Below are positions 13,563 to 25,700 of a stretch of 64,000 bases of DNA, piece by piece. The position numbers and the translations under genes were made by a program. This DNA is from Heterodontus francisci (lineage: Eukaryota). The notes under the pieces are model-generated. The model did no database searches. It was not told the origin of the DNA and saw nothing but the letters and a program-made list of their open reading frames with translations. Location of the stretch: positions 45,361,215 to 45,425,214 of the forward strand of contig NC_090402.1 in assembly GCF_036365525.1 (NCBI RefSeq), written 5' to 3'. Every line of letters starts with the position of its first letter. Within the stretch, counting starts at the first letter, position 1.

Positions 13563-14127
13563 GACCATGGGATCCAGGGAAATGCAGCAAGGTGGATACA
13601 AAATTGGCTCAGTGGCAGGAAACAAAGGGTAATTGTTGACGGGCGGTTTAGTGACTGGAGGGCTGTTTCCAGTCGCGTTCCGCAGGGCTCAGTACTGGGT
13701 CCCCTGCTTTTTGTGGTATATATTGACAATTTTGGCCTAAATGTAGGGGGCATGATCAAGAACTTTGCAGACGACACAAAGCTTGGCCGTGTAGTAGATA
13801 GCGAGGAGGATAGCTGTCGGCTACAGGAAGATATTGATGGTCTGGTCAGCTGGGCAGAAAAGTGGCAAATGGAATTCAACCTGGAGAAGTGTGAGGTGAT
13901 GCATTGGGGAAGGTCAAACAAGGCAAAGGAATACACGATAAATGGGAAAATACTGAGAAGTGTAGAGGAAGTGAGGGACCTTGGAGTGAATGTCCACAGA
14001 TCCCTGAAGGTAGCAGGACAGGTTGATAGGTGGTTAAGAAGGCATATGGAATTCTTTCCTTTATTAGCCAAGGTATGGAATATAAGAGCAGGGAGGTTAT
14101 GCTGGAAATGTATAACTCATTGGTTAG
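13563..14127 (+). mobile_element. CR1 LINE internal fragment, 3'-truncated at the foamy LTR
   Basis: VPQGSVLGP, NFADDTK, WAEKWQMEFN; ends abruptly at gttag. Confidence 0.9.
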
Positions 14128-15160
14128 ATGTGGTCCATACTGATAACTATATTCTTAATTAGTTGATAGTGTTAGTGATTTAGACAGACTGACTTAAGAG
14201 GATGGTACAAGGTACCATCAAAGGACCATCACAGATGATTAATCACAAAAATGGAATGGTACTTGCAAAAACAGATGCCATGTAAACCCATTACAAACAT
14301 TTTGACCAGATAAAAGCTCACAACTTCAAGAGAAGGGAATTCTCAGCAAATAAATTAAGTGGGAATGGGAGCAAATGATATTACCATATATGGATAACAA
14401 AAGCAGGAAAAACACACACAGAAAGGTAACACCTACATTCCAAAAGATGAGATAATGGATTAGAAACAGTATAAACGTGAGAGTTTTGAATCGAAAAACC
14501 AGATGTATTGAATTCCTCATTAATGCTTCTCAATCTATGGTAGGAACGGCTGACTGCATGACAAGAGAATTCTGCTCTTAACTGAGAGTGTTTTGTCTTG
14601 TTAAGTAGGAGGCTTACTTGGGGAATTTAAGGTAATAGTTTACTTTGAATTTTGATGGATATTCTAAGATATTTTGCTGTAACATTGTCAAGGTTGAACT
14701 TTTGGATTCTATTTTAGAAATAAGAGTATGTTTTATATCTCTTAGTAATCTTTGATATTGTAGTATACTTAGCCACTTAAAGTGTATTGCATGTTCAATT
14801 CTTTAACAAGTATCAAAGTTAATAAATCGTCTCATGTAGCATTTTGTATACAACTACAAGAAGACCCTCTCTGTGTCTCCTTAAGTGGGGAGATACTTAT
14901 TGAAGAGAGTTTCCCAAACCCTTATAATTTCTGGGAAATGTATGACTTAGCTATAATTATTTTTTTTAAATAGCCTATCCGAAAGGTAGTAATATTCTCT
15001 GTTAATTTTCTTTCTTTGAGGGAAGACTAGTTCAGTTCTTCAGACCAAAACAAGTGTCTGTAGGAATCTATCTAATTTGAACTTAATTAAAGGAGATTCA
15101 TAGGGATGTACACTTGATTGGTTTAGTCCCTGTATGGGGTTAAAGTCGTAAATCATTTCA
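14123..15160 (+). repeat. Foamy 5' LTR (lacks first ~258 bp)
   Basis: Aligns to 21027-22056 at about 95% identity; ends ttca; TATAAA at about 14470, AATAAA at 14821. Confidence 0.95.
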
Positions 15161-15162
15161 GT

Positions 15163-15172
15163 TGGTGCCCAA
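15163..15172 (+). promoter_or_regulatory. Primer-binding site, tRNA-Lys1,2-like
   Basis: CA-gt-TGGTGCCCAA directly after the LTR; foamy consensus is TGGCGCCCAA. Confidence 0.8.
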
Positions 15173-15454
15173 AACATGTCTTCTTGTCAACAGAATCCAG
15201 TACATATCTATTTGTATTAACATTTATTTTAGATTTTTAAGTACAGAAGGATTGTTTTACTGCCAGTGGTACTAAGACCCAGATTTAAGTATCTAGAGAT
15301 GGCAAACTCTTGATCAAGGTTTGTGCATCTTAAATCAGAACTCCCTCATTCTACTTTTGAGGTTTGGAAATTTTGTTTAAAATTCACTTTAAATCCTAGT
15401 TGCGTATAGGTCCTGACACATTTTAACTCCTAGTTCAGGTTCCGTTCAGACATA

Positions 15455-16460
15455 ATGGCTAATATTGAAGGGATTGGCTTAATTTTCCCGTTGGGTGATC
15501 CATCAACTTGTTTCAGCAGATTGCAGAATCCCATTCCACTGCCTCAGGCAGATCAGGTAGTTGTCTTTGAGATAGATAATTGTGATGCTGATGGTTCAGT
15601 TAAAGCTCATGATACTATTGTGGTTGACCCCCAGGTGGAAGGGATAGCACATATTCAGTGGGATAATCAGACTGATACCCCAGACCCACAATATTCTTTA
15701 ATGATAAAGTGCACGCCTGCACAATTGGGTGGCCTAATGATTGGTGCATGACTGGGCGGGGGTATCCATGGTAGAATTGTAGGTCCTGGGTCTCCCTACC
15801 TGCGTGGTTGCCATGGGTTTCAGATCAGATGGCTTCCTCACAATGAGGTTCGTGATCAGAATTTGCGAGAGGATTATAGACAGCTACTGATACATCACTT
15901 TCAAATGAAACAGGCCTATGTCTCTGGCTTTTGCTTATGATGGTGCTGCAGGATTTCCTCTGTCTGTGGGACAGCCAGTGCAGTCTCAAATTACACCCCT
16001 AGGCAATGTGAATCTTAACTCTATATATGCCATGTGTGGCAAGCCTGGTGTAAGCAACCAAGATAAAACATGAAGGATTTTAAACAACCTTGATAGACTT
16101 GACACTTGCTGTCAAGGCTGGAGTGCTGCACATTTACGGCAGCTCCTGTCCATGATGCTGAGTTCTGTTCTAGTCCTCCCAATCAATAGTTGCAACAACT
16201 GGATTCAAATTTATGCCCACCTCCTGATCATAACTCAGGGAGGGCATGTTATGGGCTCAATCAAAGAAATCCTTCAAATGGTTTGGTAGCTGCCTATCGA
16301 TTAGGTAAGGACCTTACACATAGAAACTGGGAAATTGGTCACAGTTGTCTGGCTAACCAGTATCAGAATTCTGCACTTAGATTAGCCTGTGAAGGTGCAT
16401 TGTCTGCTTATCCTGATGACTTGTAGAGGTGGGATAATGTTGAACGCATTATCCGCTCGA
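15455..16460 (+). pseudogene. gag: Foamy gag (C-terminus deleted)
   Basis: ATG at 15455; SCNNWIQIYAHLLIITQG and GLVAAYRLGKDLTHRNWEI resemble PFV Gag CA (DCLTWDSAVATLFIRTHG; GVATAYTLGMMLSGQNYQL); stops and frameshifts. Confidence 0.85.
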
Positions 16461-16550
16461 ACCATACCTTAGAACACTTGCAGGCTGTTGATACAGTTGT
16501 ATCCCAGCTCACTGCTGTTGGATACCTGATCAACATTATAAAGAGTCAGT

Positions 16551-16912
16551 GGGTGGCACAGTGGCGCAGTGGTTAGCACCGTAGCCTCACAGCTCCAGCG
16601 ACCCGGGTTCAATTCTGGGTACTGCCTGTGTGGAGTTTGCAAGTTCTCCCTGTGTCTGCGTGGGTTTCCTCCGGGTGCTCCGGTTTCCTCCCACAGCCAA
16701 ATGACTTGCAGGTTGATAGGTTAATTGGCCATCAGAAATTGCCCCATCGTATAGGTAGGTGGTAGGGAAATATAGGGACAGGTGGGGATGTGGTAGGAAT
16801 ATGGGATTAGTGTAGGATGAGTATAAATGGGTGGTTGATGGTTGGCACAGACTCGGTGGGCCGAAGGGCCTGTTTCAGTGCTGTATCTCTAAACTAAACT
16901 AAAAAAACTAAA
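16551..16912 (+). mobile_element. HE1-type V-SINE inserted in foamy RT
   Basis: tRNA head, V-domain (tgtgtggagtttgca...gggtttcctccgggtgctccgg), CR1-type tail, (aaact)n end. Confidence 0.88.
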
Positions 16913-19203
16913 TTTGAGAGGAAGTAGATGTCTTAGGCCTTCGTATAACTGGGAATTAATTCAGTCCTATAAAGAGAAACTAGACACAATTCAATATCCC
17001 CGAACTTTGAAAAGTCTACAGGCAAGTTTAGGACTCCTGAACTTTGCTAGATCATTTACATCGACCTTTGCTGAGCTCTCAGCACCTCTGTACGCTAGAG
17101 TAGGTGAGACAGTAAGAGGCCCATTCATTTTTTCCCCAGATAATTACTTGAAATTTCAACAACTGTGTCGGGATGTACAGAGGCTATAGATTTGGAGCAA
17201 AGGGACTTGCAGGTCCCACTTATTCTTCATGTTAAAATATCTCCTGGAGTAGCAGTTGCAGTTTTTTACAATGAAAATCGAATTGTGCCAGTTCAGTTTC
17301 ATTCTTATAATTTTTCCAATGTTGAAAGACGGTACAACAAAAAGGAAAGAGTTATGACGATGATAGTTCAGTGCCTCATTAAAGCATGACCCCTTCAAAG
17401 GATACACCCCCTTACAATTTATACTGAAATACCAGACTTGAGATCAGTTTTGTGAATGGCCTCTGATGAGAGAAGAGCCACTCAAATCCGCTACGACAAA
17501 TGGGCCTCCTTTTTGAATGATCCTACACTTATTTTTAAATTTCTATCCTCAGACGTGGGCTTAGAACACCTCCCTGTTAGGGAAGATGATGATAACGAGG
17601 AGAGAGTTAAACGAGTATCTCTGAAACCAAGTTATTTACTGTGATGGGTCATCAATGATGATTAAAAAAGAGACATCCCAACAATCCTCAGCTGGGATGG
17701 GGATAGTAATATGTATCTTTTAGGATTCTTATTCTTTCTATCCAGAAAGATTGCTGTCCATGCCCCTTGGCCAATGGACAGCACAGTATGCTGAAGCTGC
17801 AACATTATGGTATGCTTTAGAAAAGGTAGACCCTGTTAAGCCCACATTAATTTGTACAGATAGTGACTATTACAAACGGGCTTACAACCAAGACCTTGTG
17901 TTCTGGGAGCAAACAGGCTTTAGAATCACAAAGGTAAACCCATAAAACACAAATCATTGTGGGAAGATATTCTCCATTTACAAAAGGAGAAACGTAATTG
18001 TCAGGTAATTCATGTACCCGGGAATACCACTGGTTCAGTACATTCAAAGGGCAACAGTCTTGCAGATGGACAGGCAAAACATTAAGTCTGCATGACGACC
18101 CCTCGAGAGGGGACTGCCATAGTTAATGTAATCACTAGGGCAGAACGAGCAGCTAATCAGGATGAGGAACTGATTCAGCTATTGGACCTGACGAAAGAGA
18201 ATCCAAAAGAATATCCGTCAAAGTACTTCTATTCAGAGACGCTGATTGGTATTCTACTGGTTAAGTTGCCCAAGGGTGTCCGGAAAGTACCCCCGAGTCA
18301 CAAACAAGAACAGCTTGTAAAAGAAGCTCACGAGGGTATAGATCAGCCACATAGTGGTACCCGAACAAGATTCTGCAAATTGACTCCTTTATATTTGGTG
18401 GCCAGGCATGCTTAAAGCCTGTAAAACATATGTGGCAAATTGTGAGCCATGTAATTTAACCAACAAATCATCATTTATTAAACCACCACTGTTGGCTCCT
18501 GTGAAGCCGAATAAATCAATGGAGAAATTTTTTGTTGATTTCTTTGGACCACTTCCCCCATTAATGGGGTATAAACATGTTCTCGTTAGTGTTGATGGCA
18601 GCACTTCTTTCTGCTGGCTGGTCCCCACAAAAACTGTTTCGGAAACTGCACTTGTCATTGCTATTACTAACATTATTACTGTAGCTGGTGTACCCAAAAT
18701 CCTACACCTTGATCAAAGCGGAGCCTTTGTTTCCAAGGTTTTCAAAGACTATTGTGTGCAAAGGAGGATTGGGTTAGAGCACACAGCACATCATGTTATC
18801 CGCAGTCAGCGGGACTGGTGGAACGTAAAAACCAGGAAGTAAAAAAGCTATTGACCAAACTGTGAGAATCATAGGGACTAAGTGGGCCGCCATCATTCTG
18901 GAGGTGCAGCTATCACTAAATAATGTGCCCACGTGTGCATCAGGGACAGTGATCCCTAGAACCCCGTGTTATTTAATGTATGGTGTTGAAATGCAGACAC
19001 CACTTACTCGTGGTTCTTTTATTGCCTCTGTGCTTTCTTACTACTTGACCTGACGGCAACAATTAAATTTGAAACAAGAAATAACAGATCAAATTCATAA
19101 AATTGATCAGAGGATCAGAGAGAAGAATAGACAAAAACAGGTAACTAACAAAGCTTGGCAAGCTGTAACCGGAGAATGGATTCAGGAGAAAAAGTTTGAA
19201 CAG

Positions 19204-19340
19204 AATAAAAGCAAAATACTGCAGATGCTGGAAATCTGAAATAAAAACAAGAAATGTTGTAAATACTCAGCAGGTCTGGCAGCATCTGTGGAGAGAGAAG
19301 CAGAGTTAACGTTTCTGGTCAGTGACCCTTCATTAGAACT
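19204..19340 (-). mobile_element. Penelope-like fragment with a degenerate hammerhead, inserted in foamy IN
   Basis: Same repeat occurs at 8015, 55268 and 57977; rc agttCTAATGA..GAAACGTTaact. Confidence 0.65.
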
Positions 19341-19463
19341 ATTCTGTTTATTCTGTTATTAATGAAAGAACTGTCAAAATATTTGCTAACCAGCCGAATG
19401 GCCAGCAATCTCTTAAAATTGTCTCTGTTGACAACCTGAAGAGGTGACCTGAAAGGTACAGGA

Positions 19464-20258
19464 ATGGAGGATCAGTACAAGGTGCAGTCGTACACTGTCT
19501 TTCAGGACCCTGCCTGTAGGATGGCATCGGAAACGACACTAATTGAACTGCAACCAACTGCGTCAATAACTGTTCCTCCCCCACGCATGACCTCGCAACA
19601 CCTCAAAGGTTGGTTTCACTGGGAACCACACCCGATGCAACGAGCGATAGTCAAGCCACAACAACAAAAGATGGAAAAACTGTGGGAAAGGAACAAAGTA
19701 CTGAAGACTCTCAGTAATGGAACTTGCTCTCACGTAAAGAAAGGAACTGGTAAATTCTCTGTTAAAAGGTCTTCCGGATGCTCTGACTGTGGTCTGGATA
19801 TTGGCACCTGGATGATAACACCCTCTGAGGATGTTACTTGCTGTGGTCACACTTTCCAACATATTAAATCCTCTAGATCTCGAAATTCCTATGCTCCTCG
19901 TGTTATTTATATGACTGTTAAACTTAGTAAGCTTAGTACAGTACCTAGCCAGTCACAGGGCATAGATTTGATTCTTACCTATACCAATTCTTCAGTTGAG
20001 CAAACTATTAAAAGGGCACAACACTTGCTGTCGCAGGTTAAATGGACTAATATTTGGCAAGTTCCAGATTGGCTACAGGCTATTGGTCAAGGGGTTGTAG
20101 AGTCAATGCCAGGGTTAACTTCTGCTGCTAAATCTGCCATTTAATGGTTTACTGATGCTGTCACAGGAGTGTTTGGATGCACTTTTAGTCTATTCTCATA
20201 TCTCGTTCCAGTGCTCACTGTAATTGAGATTGTTATCCTCATTCTAGTTCTAAAGTGA
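19464..20258 (+). pseudogene. env: Foamy env with large internal deletion (226-aa open ORF, then stop-interrupted membrane anchor)
   Basis: QGIDLILTYTNSSVEQTIKRAQ..PDWLQAI..GVFGCTFSLFSYLVPVL resembles PFV TM KGIKIEVTSSGESIKEQIERAK..PAWIQQL..GIFGTAFSLLGYLKPIL. Confidence 0.88.
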
Positions 20259-20759
20259 TTTTTCCTTTCTCTTCCTTTTCAAATTATGTTCAGTGCTGTT
20301 GTTTTTGCAGGGTTTTTCTTTTTCCTCTTTTGTTGCTATAAGTTTTTTCTAGCTCTGCAAATAGAATCTCAGACCAGCGCTGAGCAGCCTTATAGTCCAT
20401 TTCATCGAAGACATGTCTACCTCGCTTACTCAGACTTTTCTACCTCATCACATGATTTCATCGATTGATCATTGATGTTCAACATGTCAAGATACAGTCA
20501 TCTCATTAAGCATTTTGTGACCTCAGATCGCTGACACTTTGCATAGTATTATTATGAACTTTGTGATAAAATTAAAAGATTCATTTTTGAAAAATTTAGT
20601 TGATCCATGTAAGAACACGAACTATGATTGTTGTGGATGTAGTCTTCTGTATTATTGCACTGTTTTAAAAAATAAGTGGCAACACTCTATTGCATGTTTA
20701 AATTTTAGACATTACTTAGTTAAAACAACCTATCTTTGCTGTTCGCCTTTATACTGGTC

Positions 20760-20768
20760 AAGAGAGGG
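20760..20768 (+). promoter_or_regulatory. Foamy 3' polypurine tract
   Basis: AAGAGAGGG followed by TG; the PFV PPT is AGGAGAGGG. Confidence 0.85.
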
Positions 20769-22056
20769 TGTAATGAAACATAGATAAAATAGGCTTAATT
20801 AGGTAGAATTTAGATATAATTAATACATTAATCCTTTTAGAATTAAAGATTGAATAAAAGGTAAGTTTTCAAGACTCACTGAAATTCCCTTTTAAGGGCA
20901 GAGTTAAAAATCCATAAACATCCCTGTTACAATAGAATGTGAACCAGAAACACCTTTTAAGTTAAACAAAATCCATTCCATGGTCCATGTTACAATGGAA
21001 TTAGAAGATGAAACACATTGAGACACGTTAGATGTAGTCCGTACTGATAACTATAATCTTAATTCGTTGACAGTGTTAGTGATATAGACAGACTGACTTA
21101 AGAGGATGGACAAGGTACCATCACAGATGATCAATCACAAAATGGAATGGTACTTGCAAAAACAGATGCCATGTAAACCCAATTACAAACATTTTGACCA
21201 GATAAAAGCTCATAACTTCAAGAGAAGGGAATTCTCAGCAAATAAATTAAGTGGGAATGGGAGCTAATGATATTAACATATATGGATAATAAAAGCGGGA
21301 AAAACACACACAGAAAGGTAACACTTACATTCCAAAAGATGAGATAATGGATTAGAAACAGTATAAACGTGAGAGTTTTGAATCAAAAACCAAAAGTATT
21401 GAATTCCTCATTAATGCTTCTCAACCTATGGTAAGAACGGCTGACTACATGACAAGAGAATTCTGCTCCTAACCGAGAGTGTTTTGTCTTGTTAAGTAGG
21501 AGGCTTACTTGGGGAATTTAAGGTAACAGTTTACTTTGAATTTTGATGGATATTCTAAGATATTTTGCTGTAACATTGTCAAGGTTGTACTTTTGGATTC
21601 TATTTTAGAAATAAGATTAGGTTTCACATCTCTTAATAATCTTTGATATTGTAGTATACTTAGCCACTTAAAGTGTATTGCATGTTCAATTCTTTAATAA
21701 ATATATAAAAGTTAATAAATCGTCTCATGTAGCATTTTGTATACAACTACAAGACCCCCCCCCCTCTCTGTGTCTCCTTAAGTGGGGAGATACTTATTGA
21801 AGAGAGTTTCCCAGACCCTTATAATATCTGGGAAATTTATGACTTAGCTATAATTATTATAAAAATAGCCTATCTGAAAGGTAGTAATATTCTCTGTTAG
21901 TTTTCTTTCTTTGAGGGAACACTAGTTCAGTTCTTCAGATTCAAACAAGTGTCTGTAGGAATCTGTCTAATTTAAATTTCATTAAAGGAGACTCATAGGG
22001 ATGTACACTTGATTTGATGTAGTCCCTATATGGGGTCAGAGTCATAAATCACTTCA
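20769..22056 (+). repeat. Foamy 3' LTR (1288 bp)
   Basis: TG after the PPT to ...acttCA; TATAAA at 21362, GGTAAG donor-like site at 21430, AATAAA at 21714. Confidence 0.93.
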
Positions 22057-22134
22057 GGATCTCAATACCCAGTATTTCAATTGAGACCTGTCCATAGGTT
22101 GTCCAGCAAACAAAAACACATAAATTGTTAATCC

Positions 22135-22490
22135 TACAAAATTACAAGGTAATGATGGATCAGAAAAACCATTTGGTCCATCTTAACTCATCCATCCAGA
22201 AGGATCCTAAAGACTTTCCACTACTGTACCTAATTATTTCCTAAATTATTCCAGAGTTCTTAACCTCCACTGTTCTATCGGGAGTCCATTCCATATGTTG
22301 ATCATACTTGGTTTGAAGAAGAACTTCCTGATATTAATCTTAAATTTACCTTATATCAGTTTCAACCTGTGTCCCCTTGATCTACTCTCACAGTCAATTT
22401 GAGGTAATTCTCCAGGTTTACCTTTTCCATTCTGTTAACTGTCATATACCATATAAGCCCATCGGTCAAATGCTTCCAGTCTTCTTCATT
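22135..22490 (-). repeat. Old CR1 3' fragment
   Basis: Reverse complement of a diverged CR1 tail (aagaagaacttcctgatatt...). Confidence 0.55.
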
Positions 22491-22796
22491 CATTCCTCAT
22501 AATTCAAAACTTTGACACTATTTTCCCTCTGGCTTAAATTTTGTTGTTCTGACCACACGGTTCAACATTTTACTGGTGTAGTTGGTTACATCCCTCCCTG
22601 CACTGGTTGGATATATTGGGGCAGAATTTCCATAGGCATTTCCCAATATTTGCCATAACTTCAGCGGAGGCCATGGAAAGATGTTCTAAAGTGGTCATGG
22701 ACATTTTTTGAGTTAGGTGAAAGAGTGTTCAGCAAAGATGACAGATGGGCAAGGTTGGCCACATTGATCTTTTTGCCTTTAGTAAATATGTTTGTG

Positions 22797-25700
22797 TTAT
22801 ATTCGTTCATGGGATGTTGGCATTGTTGGCAAGGCCAACACTTCTTGCCAATCCCTAATTGCCCTTGAAAGCTGGTGGTGAGCTGCCTTCTTGAACCGCT
22901 GCAGTCCACGTGGTGTAGGTACACCCACAGTGCTGTTAGGGAGGGAGTTCCAGGATTTTGACCTAGCAACAATGAAGGAGCGGTGACATAGTTCCAAGTC
23001 AGGACAGTGTGCAGCTTGGAGGGGAACTTGCAGGTGGTGGTGTTCTCATGCTTCTGCTGCCCTTGCCCTTATAGGTGGTAGAGGTCATGGGTTTGGAAGG
23101 TGTTGCCAAAGGAGCCTTGGCGAGTTACTGCAGTGCATCTTGTAGATGGTAGTGCTGCCACTGTGCACCGGTGGTGGAGAGAGTGAATGTTTAAGGTGGT
23201 GGATGGGGTGCCGATCAAGCAGGTGCCTTTGTCCTGAATAGTGTCAAGCTTCCTCAGTGCTGCACTCATTCAGGGAAGTGCAGAGTATTCTATTACACTC
23301 TTGACTTTTGGATGGTAGATGGTGGACAGGCTTTGGGGAGTCAGGAGGTAGGCAGTGGCCGAGTGATATTATCACTGGACTAGTAACCCAGAGACCCAGG
23401 GTATTTCTCTGGGGACATGGGTTCGAATCCCACCACAGCAGAAGGTGGAATTTGAATTGAATTAATAAATCTGGAATTAAAAGCTAGTCTAATGATGGCC
23501 ATGAAACCATTGTCGATTATTGTAAAAATCCATCTGGTTCACGAATGTCCTTTAGGGAAGGAAATCTGCTGTCCTTACCTGGTCTGACCTACATGTGACT
23601 CCAGACCCACAGCAATGTGGTTAACTCTTACATGCCATCTGAAATGGCCTAGCAAGCCACTCAGTTGTACCTAACCGCTGCGAAGTTAATAAAAAGGAAT
23701 GAAACCGGACGGACCACCTGGCATTGACCTAGGCACCGGAAATGACAACAGCAAACCCAGCCCTGTCGACCCTGCAAAGTCCTCCTTACTAACATCTGGG
23801 GGCTTGTGCCAAAGTTGGGAGAGCTGTCCCATAGACAAGTCAAGCAACAGCCTGACATAGTCATACTCATGGAATCATACCTGACAGACAATGTCCCGGA
23901 CACTGCAATCACTATCCCTGGGTATGTCCTGTCCCACCGGCAGGATAGACCCAGCAGAGGTGGTGGCACAGTGGGATACAGTAGGGAGGGAGTTGCCCTG
24001 GGAGTCCTCAACATCAACTCCGATCCCATGAAGTATCATGGCATCAGGTCAAACATGGGCAAGGTAACCTCCTACTGATTACCACCTACCGCCCTCCCTC
24101 AGCTGATGACTCATTACTCCACCATGTTGAACACCACTTGGAGGAAGCACTGAGGGTAGCAAGGGCACAAAATGTACTCTGGGTGGGGGACTTCAATGTC
24201 TATTCACCAAGAGTGGCTCGGTAGCACCACTACTGACTGAGCTGGCCGAGTCCTAAAGGACATAGCTACGAGACTGGGTCTGCGGTAGGTGGTGGGGGAA
24301 CCAACACGAGGGAAAAACATACTTGACCTCGTCCTCACCAATCTGCCTGCTGCAGATGCTTCTGTCCATGACTGTATTGGTAGGAGTGACCACCACACAG
24401 TCCTTGTGGAGACGAAGTCCCGCCTTCACATTGAGGATACCATCCATCATGTTGTGTGGCACTATCACCGTGCTAAATGGGATAGATTTCGAACAGATCT
24501 AGCAATGCAAAACTGGGCATCCATGAGGCGCTGTGGGCCATCAGCAGCAGCAGAATTGTACTCAACCACAATCTGTAACCTCATGGCCCAGCATTTCCCC
24601 CACTCTACCATTACCATCAAGACAGGAGACCAACCCTGGTTCAATGAAGAGTGCAGGAGGGCATGCCAGGAGCAGCACCAGGCATACCTCAAAATGAGGT
24701 GTCAACCTGGTGATACCACAACACAGGACGATGTGCGTGCCAAACTGCGTAAGCAGCATGCGATGGACAGAGCTAAGCGATCCCATAACCAACGGATCAG
24801 ATCTATGCTCTGCAGTCCTGCCACATCCAGTCGTGAATGGTGGTGGACAATTAAACAACTAACTGGAGGAGGTGGCTCCACAAATATCCCCATCCTCAAT
24901 GATGGGGGAGCCCAGCACATCAGTGCGAAAGATAAGGCTGAAGCATTTGCAACAATCTTCAGCCAGAAGTGCCGAGTTGATGATCCATCTCGGCTTCCTC
25001 CTGAAGTCCCCAGCATAACAAATGTCAGACTTCAGCCAATTCGATTCACTCCGCGTGATATCAAGAAACAACTGAAGGCACTGGGCACTGCAAAAGCTAT
25101 GGACCCTGACAATATTCCGGCAATACTACTGAAGACCTGTGCTCCAGAACTTGCCGCGCCCCAAGCCAAGCTGTTCCAGTACAGCTACAACACTGGCATT
25201 TACTCTGCAATGTGGAAAATTGCCCAGGTATGTCCTGTACACAAAAAGCAGGACAAATCCAACCTGGCCAATTACGGCCCCATCAGTCTACTCTCTATCA
25301 TCAGTAAAGTGATGGAAGATGTCATCAACAGTGCCATCAAGCAGCACTTGCTTAGCAATAACCTGCTCAGTGACGCTCAGTTTGGGTTTCGCCAGGGCCA
25401 CTCAGCTCCTGACCTCATTATAGCCTTGGTTCAAACATGGACAAAAGGGCTGAACTCAAGAGGTGAGGTGAGAGTGACTGCCCTTGACATCAAGGCAGCA
25501 TTTGACCGAGTATGGCATCAAGGATCCCTAGCAAAACTGGAGTCAATGGGAATCAGGGGGAAAACCCTCCGCTGGCTGGACTCATACCTAGCGCAAAGGA
25601 AGATGGTTGTGGTTGTTGGAGGTCAATCATCTGAGCTCCAGGACATCACTGCAGGATTTCCTCAGGGTAGTGACCTAGGCCCATCTTCAGCTGCTTCATC

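Larger units (their letters stand above)
16461..19450 (+). pseudogene. pol: Foamy pol (protease and RT palm including YxDD deleted; RT thumb, RNase H and integrase remain)
   Basis: EHLQAVDTVVSQLTAVGY, LKSLQASLGLLNFAR, YCDGS..SAGMGIV..PLGQWTAQYAE..TDS, YPSKY..PP..HSG..WPGM..CEPC, FFVDFFGPLP, HLDQSGAF, VERKN, VSVDNLK. Confidence 0.95.
14123..22056 (+). mobile_element. Endogenous foamy-like (spumaretrovirus) provirus, defective
   Basis: Long paired LTRs, Lys-type PBS, PPT, and foamy-like Gag CA, RT thumb, RNase H, IN and Env TM motifs in gag-pol-env order. Confidence 0.95.

Noticed and set aside
16551-16620. tRNA genes
   Set aside because: The tRNA-like segments here and at 2720, 23351, 28060 and 36660 are SINE/LINE heads followed by element bodies
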